From Octopus vulgaris (taxonomy: Eukaryota): a stretch of DNA of 64,000 bases. The first letter of the stretch is position 1. Each line of letters opens with the position of its first letter. The position numbers and the translations under genes are program-made. Below are positions 13,227 to 24,934 of this stretch, piece after piece. Location: positions 51,770,001 to 51,834,000 of the forward strand of contig OX597817.1 in NCBI GenBank assembly GCA_951406725.2, given 5' to 3'. Below the pieces are notes generated by a model that saw nothing but the letters and a program-made list of their open reading frames with translations, had not been told where the DNA came from and ran no database searches.

Positions 13227-13378
13227 TAAAATTTATAAGTTTAAATTATTTAAATAATTTTTTATTTTTAACTTTTATATTTTTTAAATTAATTTTATGT
13301 ATTGGCTTATGTTTTTCACTGTTTGATTTGCCTAATAGTGGTTTTATCTCTAATTTGATATAATATAATATAATATAT
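12510..13378. repeat. AT-rich fold-back element with a SINE inserted in its left arm
   Basis: aattagagataaaaccactattaggcaaatcaaacagtgaaaaacataagcc (12539 on) is the reverse complement of about 13294-13345. The arm continues after the SINE at 13041. Confidence 0.75.
12647..13040 (+). mobile_element. SINE family B, full length
   Basis: tRNA-like head ggcgcaggagtggctgtgtggtaag...gggttcagtccc, internal (TA)n, tail ggtgctccagcatggccgcagtcaaatgactgaaac(aagagt)n. Confidence 0.9.
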
Positions 13379-13452
13379 ATTTATACTAAAAATTGGATTT
13401 AATCCTAAATCTAATTTTTCCCTGTAAGTTTGGATTTATTCCCTAATATTAT

Positions 13453-13540
<88 letters not shown>

Positions 13541-13932
13541 AACTTTTTGTAAAAGTTCCTACCGATTATGGTTATATTTTCATACCGAAACTACTAAGTA
13601 ATAATTGCTAATTTTTTAAATTATGAATTAATAATTATTTACCCTTATATTATAAATATGTATATATTTATATATTCGCGTAGGTACACATAGAGAGACA
13701 CGCTTACACACGTACATGGCTACACAAACACACACTCCTGCACCGGCAGATATGTATGGATATACACAAAGTCAGGCTTGAATGAGTGTGGCAGTTAGAT
13801 GCACAAATGCGTGGGAGTTTGCTTACAATGAGATACAATATGAATATCAGTAACACATTACAAATATCAATAACACGGTATACCTTTTCTTAGCATACAG
13901 TTTGCTCAAGAAATAATAGCATGACCAGCATA

Positions 13933-14504
13933 TACGAGGGTGAGTCAAAAATTAATGCCATTTTGTTTAGGACAGGTATAATTACCAACACAGGAACATG
14001 TATCGTAAATCAAAACGAAGCTGGTTCTCTGTGGATCACTTCACTACTTCTCAACATAGATACTGTTTCTCTCAATAGCAATGTTCCACCTTCGAATGAG
14101 AGCATGTATTCCTGCCCCGTAAAATTTTGTTGCCTGTTCTTTGAGCCACTTCTTCACTACAGTTTTCACTTCCTCATCACTGGAATAATTTAGCACCTTC
14201 AGACTATCATCTCTTTGGCCCCATGAAAGAGGGTTTGAGAGGCAAACATTATTCCAGTGACAGGGAAATGAAAACTGTAGTGAAGACGTGGCTTAAAGAA
14301 CAGTCAACAGAATTTTACGGGGCAGAGATACATGCTCTCATTCGAAGGTGGTACATTGCTATTGAGAGAACCGGAGACTATGTTGAGAAGTAGCGAAATG
14401 ATCCTCAGAGCACCAGCTTCATTTTGATGTATGATACATGTTCCTGTGTTGGTAATTATATCTGTCCTAAACAAAATGGTATTACGTTTTGACTCACCCT
14501 CGTA
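13933..14504. mobile_element. Mariner-derived palindromic MITE built from two inverted transposase 3' ends
   Basis: TA-CGAGGGTGAGTCAAAA...TTTTGACTCACCCTCG-TA with arms over 200 bp. Internal remnant LAPSDYHLFGPMKEGLRGKHY...RWYIAIERTGDYVEK*. Confidence 0.88.
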
Positions 14505-14639
14505 CGTATCAACCGAATAAACAGTCAATAACATTCAATAATGCACTACAGTCTGATTTGTATATATTCCGTCTACCTATGTGTACATTGATTATTTGTT
14601 CATCGTTCAGAAAAGGATATTTTGCGACACTGTTGCCGT

Positions 14640-15000
14640 AAACCATTTGCCATTTCTGTGGTTTGCCCCTTCCGCTTCCCTTCATGTCCTAACCACGTGC
14701 TTATTTTGCTTCATGGTTAATCCGGCACTGATAGGGTCCTATCAGAAGCAACCATCGTTTATCCTTCCGGTTGGATTCCCAAACGGGGCGAACTGAGACT
14801 ACAGATATCTCGTTTTTGCTCTATCCTTAGGTTTTCTGCCAGTTTGAAGAATCCATCTTGAGATTTTTTCTCGCGACATTCTACCTACATGTCCATTGTA
14901 CCAAAGCTGTGATCTCTCAGTGCCGATACGTAGCGACTCGCCCTGGAGAGCCTCCCTCACTTCCGAACAACGCACCCTGTCGAGTAACTTTGGAATCAAC
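14640..15000 (-). mobile_element. RTE-clade LINE 3' fragment
   Basis: LDRVRCSEVREAL...SQLWYNGHVGRMSREKISRWIL..GRKPKDR resembles the RTE RT C-terminal LRWxGHVxRM motif. Confidence 0.65.
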
Positions 15001-15528
15001 ATTCAAAATAATATATCCATCAACGACACGAAATTTCACATGAATACTAGAAGATAAATGAATCTATCCCGACAGTTAATTTTTATGTATTTGTTCTTTC
15101 CAATTAAACATCCTTACGTACAGAATCAATATCTTTTATCTTTTCTCTCATCTTTCATTCCGCTCCTATCAAAAAACTCTTTATTCAAAGATCTGAAGCT
15201 AAGATCATCACCATTATATTTTATAGACTCTCTAATATAAAGTAATAAACGTGTGTGTATCATTTGTACATCTTGTTCACCATTTCATTTAGGATGATGT
15301 ATCTTGCATCTCAAACATTTATGGACACCATTAAATACAGAATTCATCTTTCTGCTACGAGTTTAAATTTATGGAATGTAATATTATGTCTTATTGTAAG
15401 TTATGCGCATGTCTATTTTTTATCGCTTCAGTACTTGGATTGTTGCCATGCTGGAGCACGCCTTAGAGCAAAGGTTCTCAGCGGGGGGCTATTTAGAGCT
15501 TGAGGGGCGTTTTGGACCAAAGGGGGTT

Positions 15529-15809
15529 TTAAGAGACTTTTGGAGCTAGGTGGCATTAAGAGACTTTTGGAGCTAGGGGGCGTTAAGAGACTTTTGGAGC
15601 TAGGGAGCGTTAAGAGACTTTTGGAGCTAGGGAGCGTTAAGAGACTTTTGGAGCTAGGGAGCGTTAAGAGACTTTTGGAGCTAGGGAGCATTAAGAGACT
15701 TTTGAAGCTAGGGAGCGTTAAGAGACTTTTGGAGCTAGGGAGCGTTAAGAGACTTTTGGAGCTAGGGAGCATTAAGAGACTTTTGAAGCTAGGAGGCGTT
15801 AAGAGACTT
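15529..15809. repeat. 27-bp minisatellite, about 10 units
   Basis: AAGAGACTT recurs every 27 bp from 15531 to 15801; consensus ttaagagacttttggagctagggagcg. Confidence 0.95.
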
Positions 15810-16419
15810 GGGGGCTCTAGGGGGGGGCGCTGAAAAAGACTTTGGTAAGTTTAATTTAAAATTAACGAGTAGTAGCCATATTTTCACAACCCTGCGACAG
15901 CCAGTTTATAAAAAAAACATGCCTGTTGTTTCAAATTTTCAAAAACTTAAAAAGACATTTTTTCCACTTTTGACTACCAGGTTATACTATGTGTAACTGT
16001 TGTCGCTAAAGTGAAACCCCCAAAAGAAAAAGAAAAACAAAAACTAAAAACAGGTGAATAGTGACAGACGATTAAAAGAAAAACAGTAATGAATAAAAGT
16101 GAGAGAAGTGTGTGTGTTTGTATGAAAATATATAAAGATTGGTGATCAGAATTTTGGATCAAACTGGCTTTTGGGAGTGGCTGATAGGTATGTATTTGTG
16201 TATGTGTGTGTGTGTATGGGTATGTTTCTATGTATATGATTGCGTGTGTTGGCGTTTTGAATTCCTTTCTGCGATTGAACTTGAATTGCCCCCTGGCTGT
16301 TAAAGACCCAACCACACACACACACACACACATTTGTTTTAGATTATGTACCCATTTGAACTGCGGCTATACACCAGATAACGTGGTAAGTCTTATGCTT
16401 TGAAATTTAAATTTTCATG

Positions 16420-16646
16420 GATACGTGTATCCCTTAACATACTTCTCGGGGAGATTCAGCATGACACAGAGTGTCACAAGGCTGGTCCCTTGAAACACAT
16501 GTATTACTCATTTTTGCCAGCTGAGTGGACTGGGGGAACAGGAAATGAAAATGTCTTGCTCAAGGACATAACGCACCGCCGGGAATCGAACCTGCAACCC
16601 TATGATCGTGAACCGAATACCTTAACCACTAAGCCACGCGCTTTCA
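16420..16646 (-). mobile_element. tRNA-headed SINE related to 2989-3308
   Basis: Reverse complement of the head and tgtgtcatgctgaatctccccgagaag. Confidence 0.8.
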
Positions 16647-17152
16647 CATACATACATACATACATACATACATACATACATACATACATACATACATACA
16701 TACATACATACATACATGATTTGTATTCATATAAGCTTCTATTTATCTGTACATCAATTTCCATTGATTTACATCTAAAAATCACATCCAAGTGTATGTG
16801 TATGTGAATTTATGTGTGTGCATGTATATGCATTTTTACGTATACGTGACTGTGCATGAACGCATCACAATAAGTATCTACAATTCAATGCGTTTATATG
16901 TTTATAAACATGTCTGTGTGTGAGAGAGAATATGTCATTTTATGATACCCCTAAATATATATACACGCATTATGTATGTACGTATATACATATATAGATA
17001 GATAGGAGTGAGCGTATATATATCCATATATATATAGATAGATAGATATCTCTGTGTGTGTGTGTATATATATATGTATATCTGTATGTATGTATGTACG
17101 TATGTATGTATGTATGAACAGATAGATAGTTATGAATATATGTATGTATGTA

Positions 17153-17194
<42 letters not shown>

Positions 17195-17197
<3 letters not shown>

Positions 17198-17587
17198 TTA
17201 TATATAAAAGAGAAGTTGTGTGTCTGTCTCCTACGATTTAGATTCCTAACTACTCCCACATTTTGCGGTGCAGTTTAACCAAAACCGGGTATCTTATAGT
17301 CGTGATTCATATCGACCCTTCTGGGTATAAACGCGCGTCTACGATGAGTCTACGATTTTAAAAAAATTTACCATAATTTTTTTACATTTTAATGCATTTT
17401 TTCGCTATTATACAAGGGAAGTAACTCTCTAAAAATGTCTACGATGAGTCAACGATTTTTAAAAAATTTACCATATTTTTTTTCCATTTTTAATGCATTT
17501 TTTGCTATTTTTTGGCTATAACTCTCTAAAAATGGTTATATAGTTATTTCCCTTACAAACCCGAGCAATGCCGGGCGATACTGCTAG
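17195..17587 (+). mobile_element. Non-autonomous Helitron, copy 1
   Basis: 5' TC start, subterminal hairpin cccgagcaatgccggg, 3' CTAG, inserted between A and T in (TA)n without a TSD. Confidence 0.8.
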
Positions 17588-17594
17588 TATATAC

Positions 17595-17672
<78 letters not shown>

Positions 17673-18504
17673 ACATATATATACATATGTGTGTGTGTAT
17701 ATATATGTATATCTGTATGTATGTATGTACGTATGTATATATGTATGTATGAACAGATAGATAGTAATAAATATATGTATGTATGTATCTATATATATAT
17801 ATATAAATATATATATACATACACACACACTCACACACATACATATGTATGTATGTGTGTGTGTATGTGTGATTATACATATTTTATGTGTGAGCATATG
17901 TGATTTTGAATGTAATCATATCTACTGTGATCACAGGAAAACTATAAAAAAATTAGTGAAAGAAACCTACATTTCAACGCTCAAAATAATTTACTTACTG
18001 AAAAAAAATATGGCTACCCATGATGATATCGCACATACATTCATCAGTTTTACAGAGAGAGACAGAGATGTCTGGGGTTTTTTTTAATAGTAAAACTCTG
18101 TAACTTTTATTATTATAAGACTGGTCGTGAGAAATATCAATTTCTTATAAAATGACTGAATTTTTTTTCCACATTTTTTCATTTTTCGTTCTCATGTTCC
18201 TGTTTATCAAGATAAAAATGAAAATACTTTTGACGTAACCTATTGATTTTAATTAATGGGGTTCGTTGGAGTGTAAATGGGGGAGGTTAGACAGTGATTG
18301 AAGGGACACCATGTATTACTGGTATTTATTACATATTCCGAATCAGAACAGACTTTGACATATGATCCGAAATTCTACTTCGAAAGGAAACTTTGACCAG
18401 TAGACATACATTTGCGAACACACACAATTACTCACACGTTTGTGATTAGCCACCGAACACAAACATGTGTGTGTGTGTGTATAAATGCATACATACACAC
18501 ATAC

Positions 18505-18560
<56 letters not shown>

Positions 18561-18592
18561 CAGCGGCTGTAGTAGTGGTAGTAGTAGTGTTA

Positions 18593-18826
18593 AGGCAGCG
18601 AGATGGCAGAATCGTTAACATGCTGGACGAAATACTTGGCGGTATTTCGCCCGTCGCTACGTTCTGAGTTCAAATTTCGCCGAGATCGATTTTTGCCTTT
18701 CATCCTTTCGGGGTCGATAAATTAAGTACCAGTTACGCACTGGTGTCGATATAATCGACTTAATCCCTTTGTCTGTCCTTGTTTGTCCCTTCTGTGTTTA
18801 GCCTCTTGTGGGTAGTAAAGAAGTAG
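18593..18826 (+). mobile_element. SINE family A
   Basis: Head, central domain and tail match the other copies; follows (AGT)n. Confidence 0.85.
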
Positions 18827-18941
18827 GACTGAACCCGAATTCATGTGATTGCAAAGCGAGCTACTTAACTACACCATGTTTGCACCTATACTAGTGATAA
18901 TTAGAAATAAAAAAAATATCATAACCTGATATATACTGATA

Positions 18942-19241
18942 CATTTCTTTATTGCCCACGAGGGGCTAAACACAGAGGGGACAAACAAGGACAGACTAGC
19001 GGATTAAGTCGACTATATCGACCCCAGTGCGTAACTGGTTCTTTATTTATCGATCTCGAAAGGATGAAAGGCAAAGTCGACCTCGGCGAAATTTGAACTC
19101 AGAACGTAGCGACAGACGAATTACCTATTTCTTTACTACCCACAAGGGGCTAAACACAGAGAGGACAAACAAGGATAGACAAACGGATTAAGTCGATTAT
19201 ATCGACTCCAGTGCGCAACTGGTACTTAATTTATCGACCTT
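18942..19241 (-). mobile_element. SINE family A, 5'-truncated tandem dimer with 21-bp TSD
   Basis: ataacctgatatatactgata at 18921-18941 and 19242-19262. Confidence 0.88.
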
Positions 19242-19864
19242 ATAACCTGATATATACTGATATATAATTCACCAGAATATCTTTTATTATATCATACCCT
19301 CTGATAGAATCAAAACATTACGTATAACTTATCGAACAGAAATTACACAAGTTTTCAATATTTCAGCACGAGATTATAGATTAGAGAAAATGAAAAAGAT
19401 ACTTCTAAAAAAAAGTGAAAGTTTTTTTGTTTTTGTTTTGTTTTTCTGTCTTTTTTTATTTAATCAGTAATGGAATTCAAAAAGCAAAGCAAACGGCATT
19501 CGGCTACCTCGAGTAACAAAATGCAAATATGAATTTATTTTTTTGCATTATCTCTCAACGAAATTTATCAATATTAACTATAGCGCCAAAAGATGAAAAA
19601 AAATACTCGTGAAAAATTATTCAAAAATTGAAATTTAAAAGCAAGTTAAATCTTTAAAAATGATAGTAACGAACGCAAAATTCTACACACGAAATACGGG
19701 TCTAAAAGTGCGAATACTGCAGGAGTTAGTAAACAGTGGAGAGTGAATCTTTTTTTATTGACTATAGAATATAGTTTCATATTAGGACATTTAAGCCACC
19801 GTCACAGAAAAAAATGGGTATTAGTAAGTGTAAGGGCTTATATGCCCTAATATTGGATTATTTT

Positions 19865-19974
19865 CTATAGAACTTATTCTATCGGTCACTTTTGCCGAAC
19901 CGCTAAGTAACAGGGACGCAAAAACACCAGCATCGATTGTCAAGCGATATTGTAGGACGAACGCAGACACACAA

Positions 19975-20007
<33 letters not shown>

Positions 20008-20155
20008 CGACGGGTTTCTTTCAGTTTCCGTCTACAAATTCCACTCGCAAGGTTTTGGTCGGCCCGAGGCGATAATGATGCCACGCAGTGGAACTGAACC
20101 TGGAACCATGTGGTTGGTAAGCAAGCTACTTACCACACAGCCACTCCTACGCCTA
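19865..20155 (-). mobile_element. SINE family B
   Basis: Homologous to 818-1303 with an internal deletion. Confidence 0.82.
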
Positions 20156-21009
20156 TACGGTGACTATCTACAAAACATTTTTATTATTTATTTGAAGTTT
20201 GAGGATCTTTACTTTTTTTAATCACATCATAATTTTTCTGACCGATCAACTATTACAGTATATGATGCACCATGTTTTGAAAAGGGTTGGTGTTCACAAT
20301 TTGTACTAGATATTCATGTTTCGTTCTGTTAGAAGACGACGTACGGATGTTATGTTGCTTTCAGATAAGTCTGTGAATAAACAATTCAAGAACGTCTCAA
20401 CATTGGTTGTGTGTCGTGATCAATAAACCATATCACAGAATATTTACATAATATTTACATAATATTTACAAGAATATTTAATCTTTAGCAAAGGTTTTTA
20501 AATCAAAGGTAATATGTCTAAACATTAGAGTAAGAAAAAGGTTTGAGTGTTGTAGAAGAGCGGTAAGAAGAGAATGATAATGAAGAGACAATGCTGTTTG
20601 AGACAAAGAAAGGTGGAAATGATTAAATAAAAGGAAGCACAATGCAAATTGTGAACCGACATTCTACGAATTGAAATTATATAGAGACAAGAGTTTAATC
20701 AGTGTAGGATTAAAAATAATAATATGAATAGAGTAAATACACAAGCAGATATGGAGAGATTGAACAATAAAGTAGGTGAAATTGTAAACAAGTCAAATAA
20801 TAAAGAAGTTGAATGGTAAACAAGTTCTGTTAGTAGCCAAGACGAATAAAGAGACAACGTGTATTCCTAAATGAACATTGAAGAGATCAAATCAAGGTTT
20901 TGCTGTACAAAATTTATACGTAAATTAAGCATAGGTAACTCGATATGGATAGTTATAAATGTAAATAGCATTGTTAGATTACAAGGCTGCGAGCCTTGTA
21001 AATAAAATA

Positions 21010-21443
21010 CAAGTTATGCACTGGAGTCGATGTAATCGACTTAATCCCTTCGGCTGTCCTTGTTTGTCTCCTTGTGGGCAATAAAAAAAATAAGAAATGT
21101 TAGCACACTGGACCAAATGCTGAGCGGTAGTTCGTCTGTCTTTACGTTCTAAGTTCAAATTCCACCGAGGTCGACTTTGCCTTTCATTCTTTCGGAGTCG
21201 ATAAATTAAGTACCAGCTGCGTGTCGGGATCGATCTAATCGACTGGACACCCTCTCTAAAAATTCCGGGCCTTGTGCCCAGAGTAGAAAAAAAAAAAATT
21301 TTTTTATTACCCTCAGAGGGCTAAACGTAGAGGGGACAAACAAGGACAGACAAAGGGATTAAGTCGATTAGATCGACTCTAGTGCGTAACTGGCACTTAT
21401 TTAATCGATCCCGAAAGAATGAAAGGTAAAGTCGTTCTCGGTA
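21010..21443. mobile_element. SINE family A cluster (plus-strand pieces then a minus-strand copy)
   Basis: Family A sequence + at about 21010-21290 and - at about 21300-21443. Confidence 0.78.
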
Positions 21444-21711
21444 GAAAAGAATACTATTGGATTATATAATGTGGTGCGCTGACAGAATCTTTAGCGAGTC
21501 GGACGAAATGCTTATAATTACTATACAATTTGTAGTTCAAATTAGTTACAAGAAATACAGCATGTACTGAAAGGAAATAAATAGATGTAAGTTAAGCTTA
21601 GCAGCTTATGTTTTACTGCGTGACACGTGAAACCTACGGTGAGGTAAACAAGATGAGAGAAATACAAAGAAAATAACGGGGAAGCGCAGGTGAGACAATA
21701 AGGGATAGTGT

Positions 21712-21821
21712 GTAGAGGTGGCCGAGTGGTCTAATACAGACTCAACAACAGTTCCGTTAAACAAAACAATAAGTATTTTAGCTCACGAATGTGAGCGTGG
21801 GTTCAAATCCCACTTCTGACA
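21712..21821 (+). pseudogene. tRNA-Leu(CAA) pseudogene retaining an intron-like insert
   Basis: GGTGGCCGAGTGGTCTAA (A box), CAGACTCAA anticodon loop, ~30-nt insert, variable arm ctcacgaatgtgag, GCGTGGGTTCAAATCCCACTTCTGACA, downstream T-run. Acceptor and anticodon stems are damaged. Confidence 0.75.
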
Positions 21822-21844
21822 AGTATTTTCTTTTTTTTTTTAGA

Positions 21845-22213
21845 TGAAAGCATGGTTGTGTGATTAAAAAGCTTACTTCGGAACTACATGGTTTCAGGTT
21901 CAGTCCCACTGCATGGCACCTTCGACAATGTCTTCTAGTATAACCCCGGGCTGACAAGTATCTTGTGAAAGAATTTACTAGTCGTAAACTGTGTGGAGGC
22001 CCCTTTATATACTTATGTATGGGTGTGTGTTTGCGCATATGTGTCTTTGTATCAGAATTGAGTCCCCTACCACCCCCTTACAGCCGGTATTGATTTATTT
22101 GCGTCCTCGTGACATAGCGATTCAGCAAAAGAGACTGATACACTATATAAAAGATTTTAAAATAAGAGGTTCTCCAAGATGGCTGCAGTCACATGACTGG
22201 AACAAGTAAAAAA
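21845..22213 (+). mobile_element. SINE family B, diverged
   Basis: ggttcagtcccactgcatggcacc ... gatggctgcagtcacatgactggaacaagtaaaa. Confidence 0.72.
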
Positions 22214-22435
22214 AGGTACAAAGGGATTATACTGGGAATTGAGTAAAGTATAAAAAAAGGGGTGGAGAAATGAAATAGGGCGTTCAAATTTGTTATAAGC
22301 ATTTAAGATTATAGTACATGGAGAAAATTCATGGTTGAATTTTAATTTGGATACAATGTTCGCTTACTTTTTTACTGTTTTACATGTTTCCGTCATTTGA
22401 CTGTGACCATGCTGGAGCACCGCCTTTTTAAAATT

Positions 22436-22975
22436 AGATTGGTGTTCAGTTGTATCGAACAGGCTGCCAGCCGACGACTATTCACAGGCGCCATCCCACT
22501 ACTGCTCGACACGGAGTTTTTGCCTGCTGCGTTTCCACCCTGGGCCAAAGCAACCCTCCTTAGACAACCTGGTCCTGATGAGCTCCCTCTCCAGTATCAT
22601 ATGTTTCTTTATTACCCACAAGGGACTAAACACAGAGGGGACAAACAAGGACAGACAAACGGATTAAGTCGATTACATCGACTCTAGTGCGTAACTGGAA
22701 CTTAATTTATTGACCCCAAAAAGATGAAAGGCAAAGTCGACCTCGGCAGAATTTGAACTCAGAACGTAACGGCAGACGAAATACGGCTACACATTTCGCC
22801 CGGCGTGCTAACAATTATGCCAGCTCACCGCCTTCCTCTCCAGCACCATATTGATGCCGAGCTTAGCGCGGACACCCGATCGCCATAGAAGACCGACTAC
22901 CAAGACTCCCATCCTCAAACCGGCCAACTAACCAAGCTTCCGAGTAGCTGGATTACAGGAGTACGCCACAACTCC
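22436..22975 (-). pseudogene. 7SL (SRP) RNA copy interrupted by a SINE
   Basis: Minus strand matches recalled metazoan 7SL blocks: GTGGCGTACTCCTGTAATCCAGCTACTCGG, CGATCGGGTGTCCGCGCTAAGCTCGGCATCAATATGGTG, ACCAGGTTGTCTAAGGAGGG, GGCCCAGGGTGGAAACGCAGCAGG, AGTAGTGGGATGGCGCCTGTGAATAG. SINE at 22603-22834 with a 17-bp target-site duplication. Confidence 0.9.
22603..22834 (-). mobile_element. SINE family A inserted in the 7SL copy
   Basis: Full copy flanked by cctctccagtatcatat (22586-22602) and cctctccagcaccatat (22835-22851). Confidence 0.9.
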
Positions 22976-23090
22976 TTTAATATAAATAAATTAAAGAAGA
23001 GAGTTGTAGTTCGCTTGAATTGTGGTACAGAAGCATAATAATAAAGGAAATGGAGAAAGCTTCAAACAAAGATAAAAGTTGAAAATATTC

Positions 23091-23327
23091 ATATATTTCG
23101 GGCACAAAAACCCATCTTCAAAAACATGTAATTACGTAGATCCTGCTATTTAGCTAACCGAACGGGCAGTGACCTCGTTTTAGTCCAGTGCTTTTGCTAT
23201 GCTACTACTAGCGCAAGCATCGGACTAAAATGGGGTCACTGCCCACCCGACTATCCAAATGACAGGGTCTACGTTGATACATTTCTTTGTATACTTCTGA
23301 AGACTGGCCTTTGCGCCCGAAATATAT
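23091..23327. repeat. Imperfect fold-back with hammerhead-like motifs at both ends on opposite strands
   Basis: Arm matches: atatatttcgggcacaaa/tttgcgcccgaaatatat, acgtagatcctg/cagggtctacgt, gggcagtgacctcgttttagtcc/ggactaaaatggggtcactgccc. Right end (+): ctt-CTGAAGA-c-tgg..ccc-GAAA-TATA-TA-aag. Left end (-): TTGAAGA-t-ggg..ccc-GAAA-TATA-TG. Confidence 0.65.
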
Positions 23328-23588
23328 AAAGGTCTTTCAGTTTACATCACTACATTATTAGAAGCTTTCGTTATTTAATTTATTGTTCCACATAAATAAA
23401 TTACATTAATAATTTGTGGATTAATCTGAAAGTTTTTACTCTATTTTGTAGTTTTCCTTTTTTTTTTTTTTGGCGATCGTACAAATAAAACTCTAAAGAC
23501 ACTCGAGCATTCAACATCCCACGCTTTTTCAAGGTATAGTATACCTAGGAAAACATTGTCCAGTGTACAATATTGGCTTTTTACTACC

Positions 23589-23822
23589 TATTTCTTTACT
23601 ACCTACGAGGGGCTAAAGACAGAGAGGACAAACAAGGACAGACAAATGGATTAAGTCGATTATATCAACCCCAGTGCGTAACTGGTACTTAATTTATCGA
23701 CCCCGAAAGGATGAAAGGCAAAGTGGATCTCGGCGGAATTTGAACTCAGAGCGTAACGGCAGACGAAATACGGCTACGCATTTCGCCCGGCGTGCTAACG
23801 TTTCTGACAGCTCGCCGCCTTT
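23589..23822 (-). mobile_element. SINE family A with 18-bp TSD
   Basis: tattggctttttactacc at 23571-23588 and 23823-23840. Confidence 0.9.
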
Positions 23823-24581
23823 TATTGGCTTTTTACTACCGTCGTTATTGCTGTTCAAGTTCAAAATTTATCCCTGATTTATTAAGCCTCTAATCAAAGA
23901 CACTCCAAACATGACCTTTTCATCGTTTTAGAAATATCCAAAATATTCTTATCTAATGTCTTATTTAAAAAAAACATTATGAGTGCAATTGAGGAAGATT
24001 CTGCTGCTCTTTCTAACAAACTGAGCAGCCATAGAGGACCCCTTATGGTTCTTTATTTAAACTCGTACAATTGAAGCGTGAAGTTCAGCTTTAATTCATA
24101 ATCTCCCGACAGACATTCGTGTTGCAATTTCGAATTGTTCGTAGGTTATCTATTAATTCTTCTGAGCTCTTATTGTAGACATTTATTGAAAATATTCATT
24201 ATTATTTTATACTAATGTAATTAAATTCTTTGTTCATTTATGAGATGGAAAAAATATATTGAAGCCACCCAATGGGAAGCCCATAAGAAACCGGATTATG
24301 CGATAATGAAATCGTCACACGAAATATCTTTCAGACACCTCGATAGATATGCAAATTGTTAATAATTCAAAATGATTTCTTTAGCATTTTTTTACGCTTT
24401 TACTTTTCTTTTTCACTAATATCTTTTCATTTGTTTAATATATTCTTTCATTCAGATTTCTACGTATTGTTTCCATTTCAACTCTCTCTCTCTCTCTAAC
24501 TATATATTCATATATAAATAAATGGTTCGTTGTCAGTTCAGAATACATACATACATACACACATGCGTACATACATACATA

Positions 24582-24818
24582 TACAGGGTGTTCAAAAAGT
24601 TTCTCCGCAGTGAATTTTATTTATCCTGCATATCACCATGGCGCTACTTCAAGAGTTTTTTGGTGAACCGATTATTTCGAAGGGAATTTGGCCACCAAGA
24701 TCACTTGATTTCACACCGTCAGACTTTTTTTCTAGGGAGCAAGTAAAGGATCAGTGTACAAGAACCGCCCGAAAACCATTAAATACATACTGCAGAGAGA
24801 CTTTTTGAACACCCCGTA
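24582..24818 (+). mobile_element. Tc1/mariner-superfamily MITE
   Basis: TA-CAGGGTGTTCAAAAAGT...ACTTTTTGAACACCCCG-TA; internal remnant QEFFGEPIISKGIWPPRSLDFTPSDFF. Confidence 0.82.
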
Positions 24819-24934
24819 TATCAGTGTGTGTGTGTGTGTGTGTGTGTGCGTGCGTGTGTGTGTAATGTTCGGATAAGGTTCCCATGGCAACAAGAAGCGC
24901 GAAATATATAGAGATAAATAACTTTATTCTATAT

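Noticed and set aside
15428-15833. Repeat-protein ORFs or a CRISPR-like array
   Set aside because: A contiguous 27-bp minisatellite with no unique spacers and no cas genes; the DNA is eukaryotic.
22575-22582. CTGATGAG hammerhead core match
   Set aside because: It lies antisense within the 7SL copy and has no stem II/GAAA partner.
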